Shown piece by piece: positions 20,944-21,824 of a DNA stretch of 21,824 bases (position 1 is its first letter; each line of letters opens with the position of its first letter). The translations under genes and the position numbers were made by a program. The notes below the pieces were generated by a model, which worked only from the letters and a program-made list of their open reading frames with translations, was not told the DNA's origin and made no database searches. The DNA is from Octopus sinensis. Its lineage: Eukaryota. The DNA is taken from the NCBI RefSeq assembly GCF_006345805.1, contig NW_021823583.1, positions 1-21,824 of the forward strand, read 5' to 3'.

Positions 20944-21082
20944 GCATTTCGAAGCATATAACGCTATAAATAACAGTATGGAAATTTGATTTCAAAGACT
21001 GTCCTCTTTACGCCGAAATGGATTATATAAAAAAATCAATACAAGCATTCTGTTATTTATAGCATTATGTGCTTCGAGATCC
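20944..21082. repeat. Imperfect 37-bp inverted repeat with about 65-bp spacer (MITE-like or hairpin)
   Basis: gcatttcgaagcatataacgctataaataacagtatg and cattctgttatttatagcattatgtgcttcgagatcc. Confidence 0.75.
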
Positions 21083-21642
21083 AATTGAATTTGGATGTAG
21101 GGGATTCATAGGAAACAGTGCGATTTCAATGGTTGCCGTCGCTAGCTCTAACTCACCGCAAAACAAATGCCATCCTGTGTGATATCCAGGCTAGAGTGGA
21201 GACGGCAAGCCACTAGATTTTGTTAAAAACAAACGATGAGCAATGGCGAGAAGAATATTGAGTGAATTCTTGAAACCAGTCGATCTAGCAAGCGGGACCT
21301 CATCTCATTTAAGGGCTGGAGAATGAGTAATAATGTCATCGAGAGGAAGGCCCTGAAACTGCGCGCATTCTTTGTTTCTCTCTAGATGACTCCACAAGCT
21401 TGCTAGTGTCCGGTAGGCGGAGCTTTCAAATGATAACACTTACATTTACTGTATAGACATACACACAACTGCAATGGTCTCCAATCCCTTACATGAATGG
21501 AAAGGTTCGGACGGAAACGTTCACAGACTTAAGGAATTGTAGCCTACTGTGCACTAAGGCAGAACAGATAACCTTTGAGTTTAGGCTTAGTTTTTCGTCC
21601 CCCTTTTGAGTTTAAATTGTCAGCTGTCACCCGATTGCATCA

Positions 21643-21764
21643 CTTCTCTTCTTCTTCTTCTTCTTCTCTTCTTCTTCTTCTTCTTCTTCTTCTTCTTCTT
21701 CTTCTTCTTCTTCTTTCTTCTCTTCTCTTCTTCTCTCCTCGTCCTCTTTCTTTTCCTTCTTCTT
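21643..21764. repeat. (CTT)n microsatellite / polypyrimidine tract
   Basis: Directly visible. Confidence 0.95.
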
Positions 21765-21824
21765 GTACTATAATCAAAGACATTCAAGCTACTGCCAGCC
21801 TTCGAGACAGTAACTTTAAGGACT

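Overview
This is AT-rich, microsatellite-laden eukaryotic DNA, most likely Octopus, judged from SINE families I recognise from memory rather than from a search. I can support no intact host gene; almost all tracked ORFs are (TA)n/(TG)n/(TATG)n or repeat artefacts. The window is a stack of decayed transposons: tRNA-derived SINEs, a 5'-truncated CR1/L2-group LINE, a Tc1 fragment, an internally deleted Buster-type hAT, a deleted mariner, a mariner-like MITE and Penelope-like (PLE, GIY-YIG) remnants. The main finding is an unusual density of type I hammerhead ribozyme (HHR) motifs from several unrelated repeat families. Two near-identical non-coding arrays (about 360-bp units at 6326-7566; about 550-bp units at 15305-19418) carry one HHR per full unit and share one architecture: (TA)n, tandem antisense units, a fold-back, sense sequence, (TA)n. 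This fits retrozyme-like (possibly circular) RNAs mobilised by a PLE reverse transcriptase. The 360-bp family has a non-canonical U3-A8 core (UUGAAAA) with a Schistosoma-like UAC-bulge/loop II arrangement.
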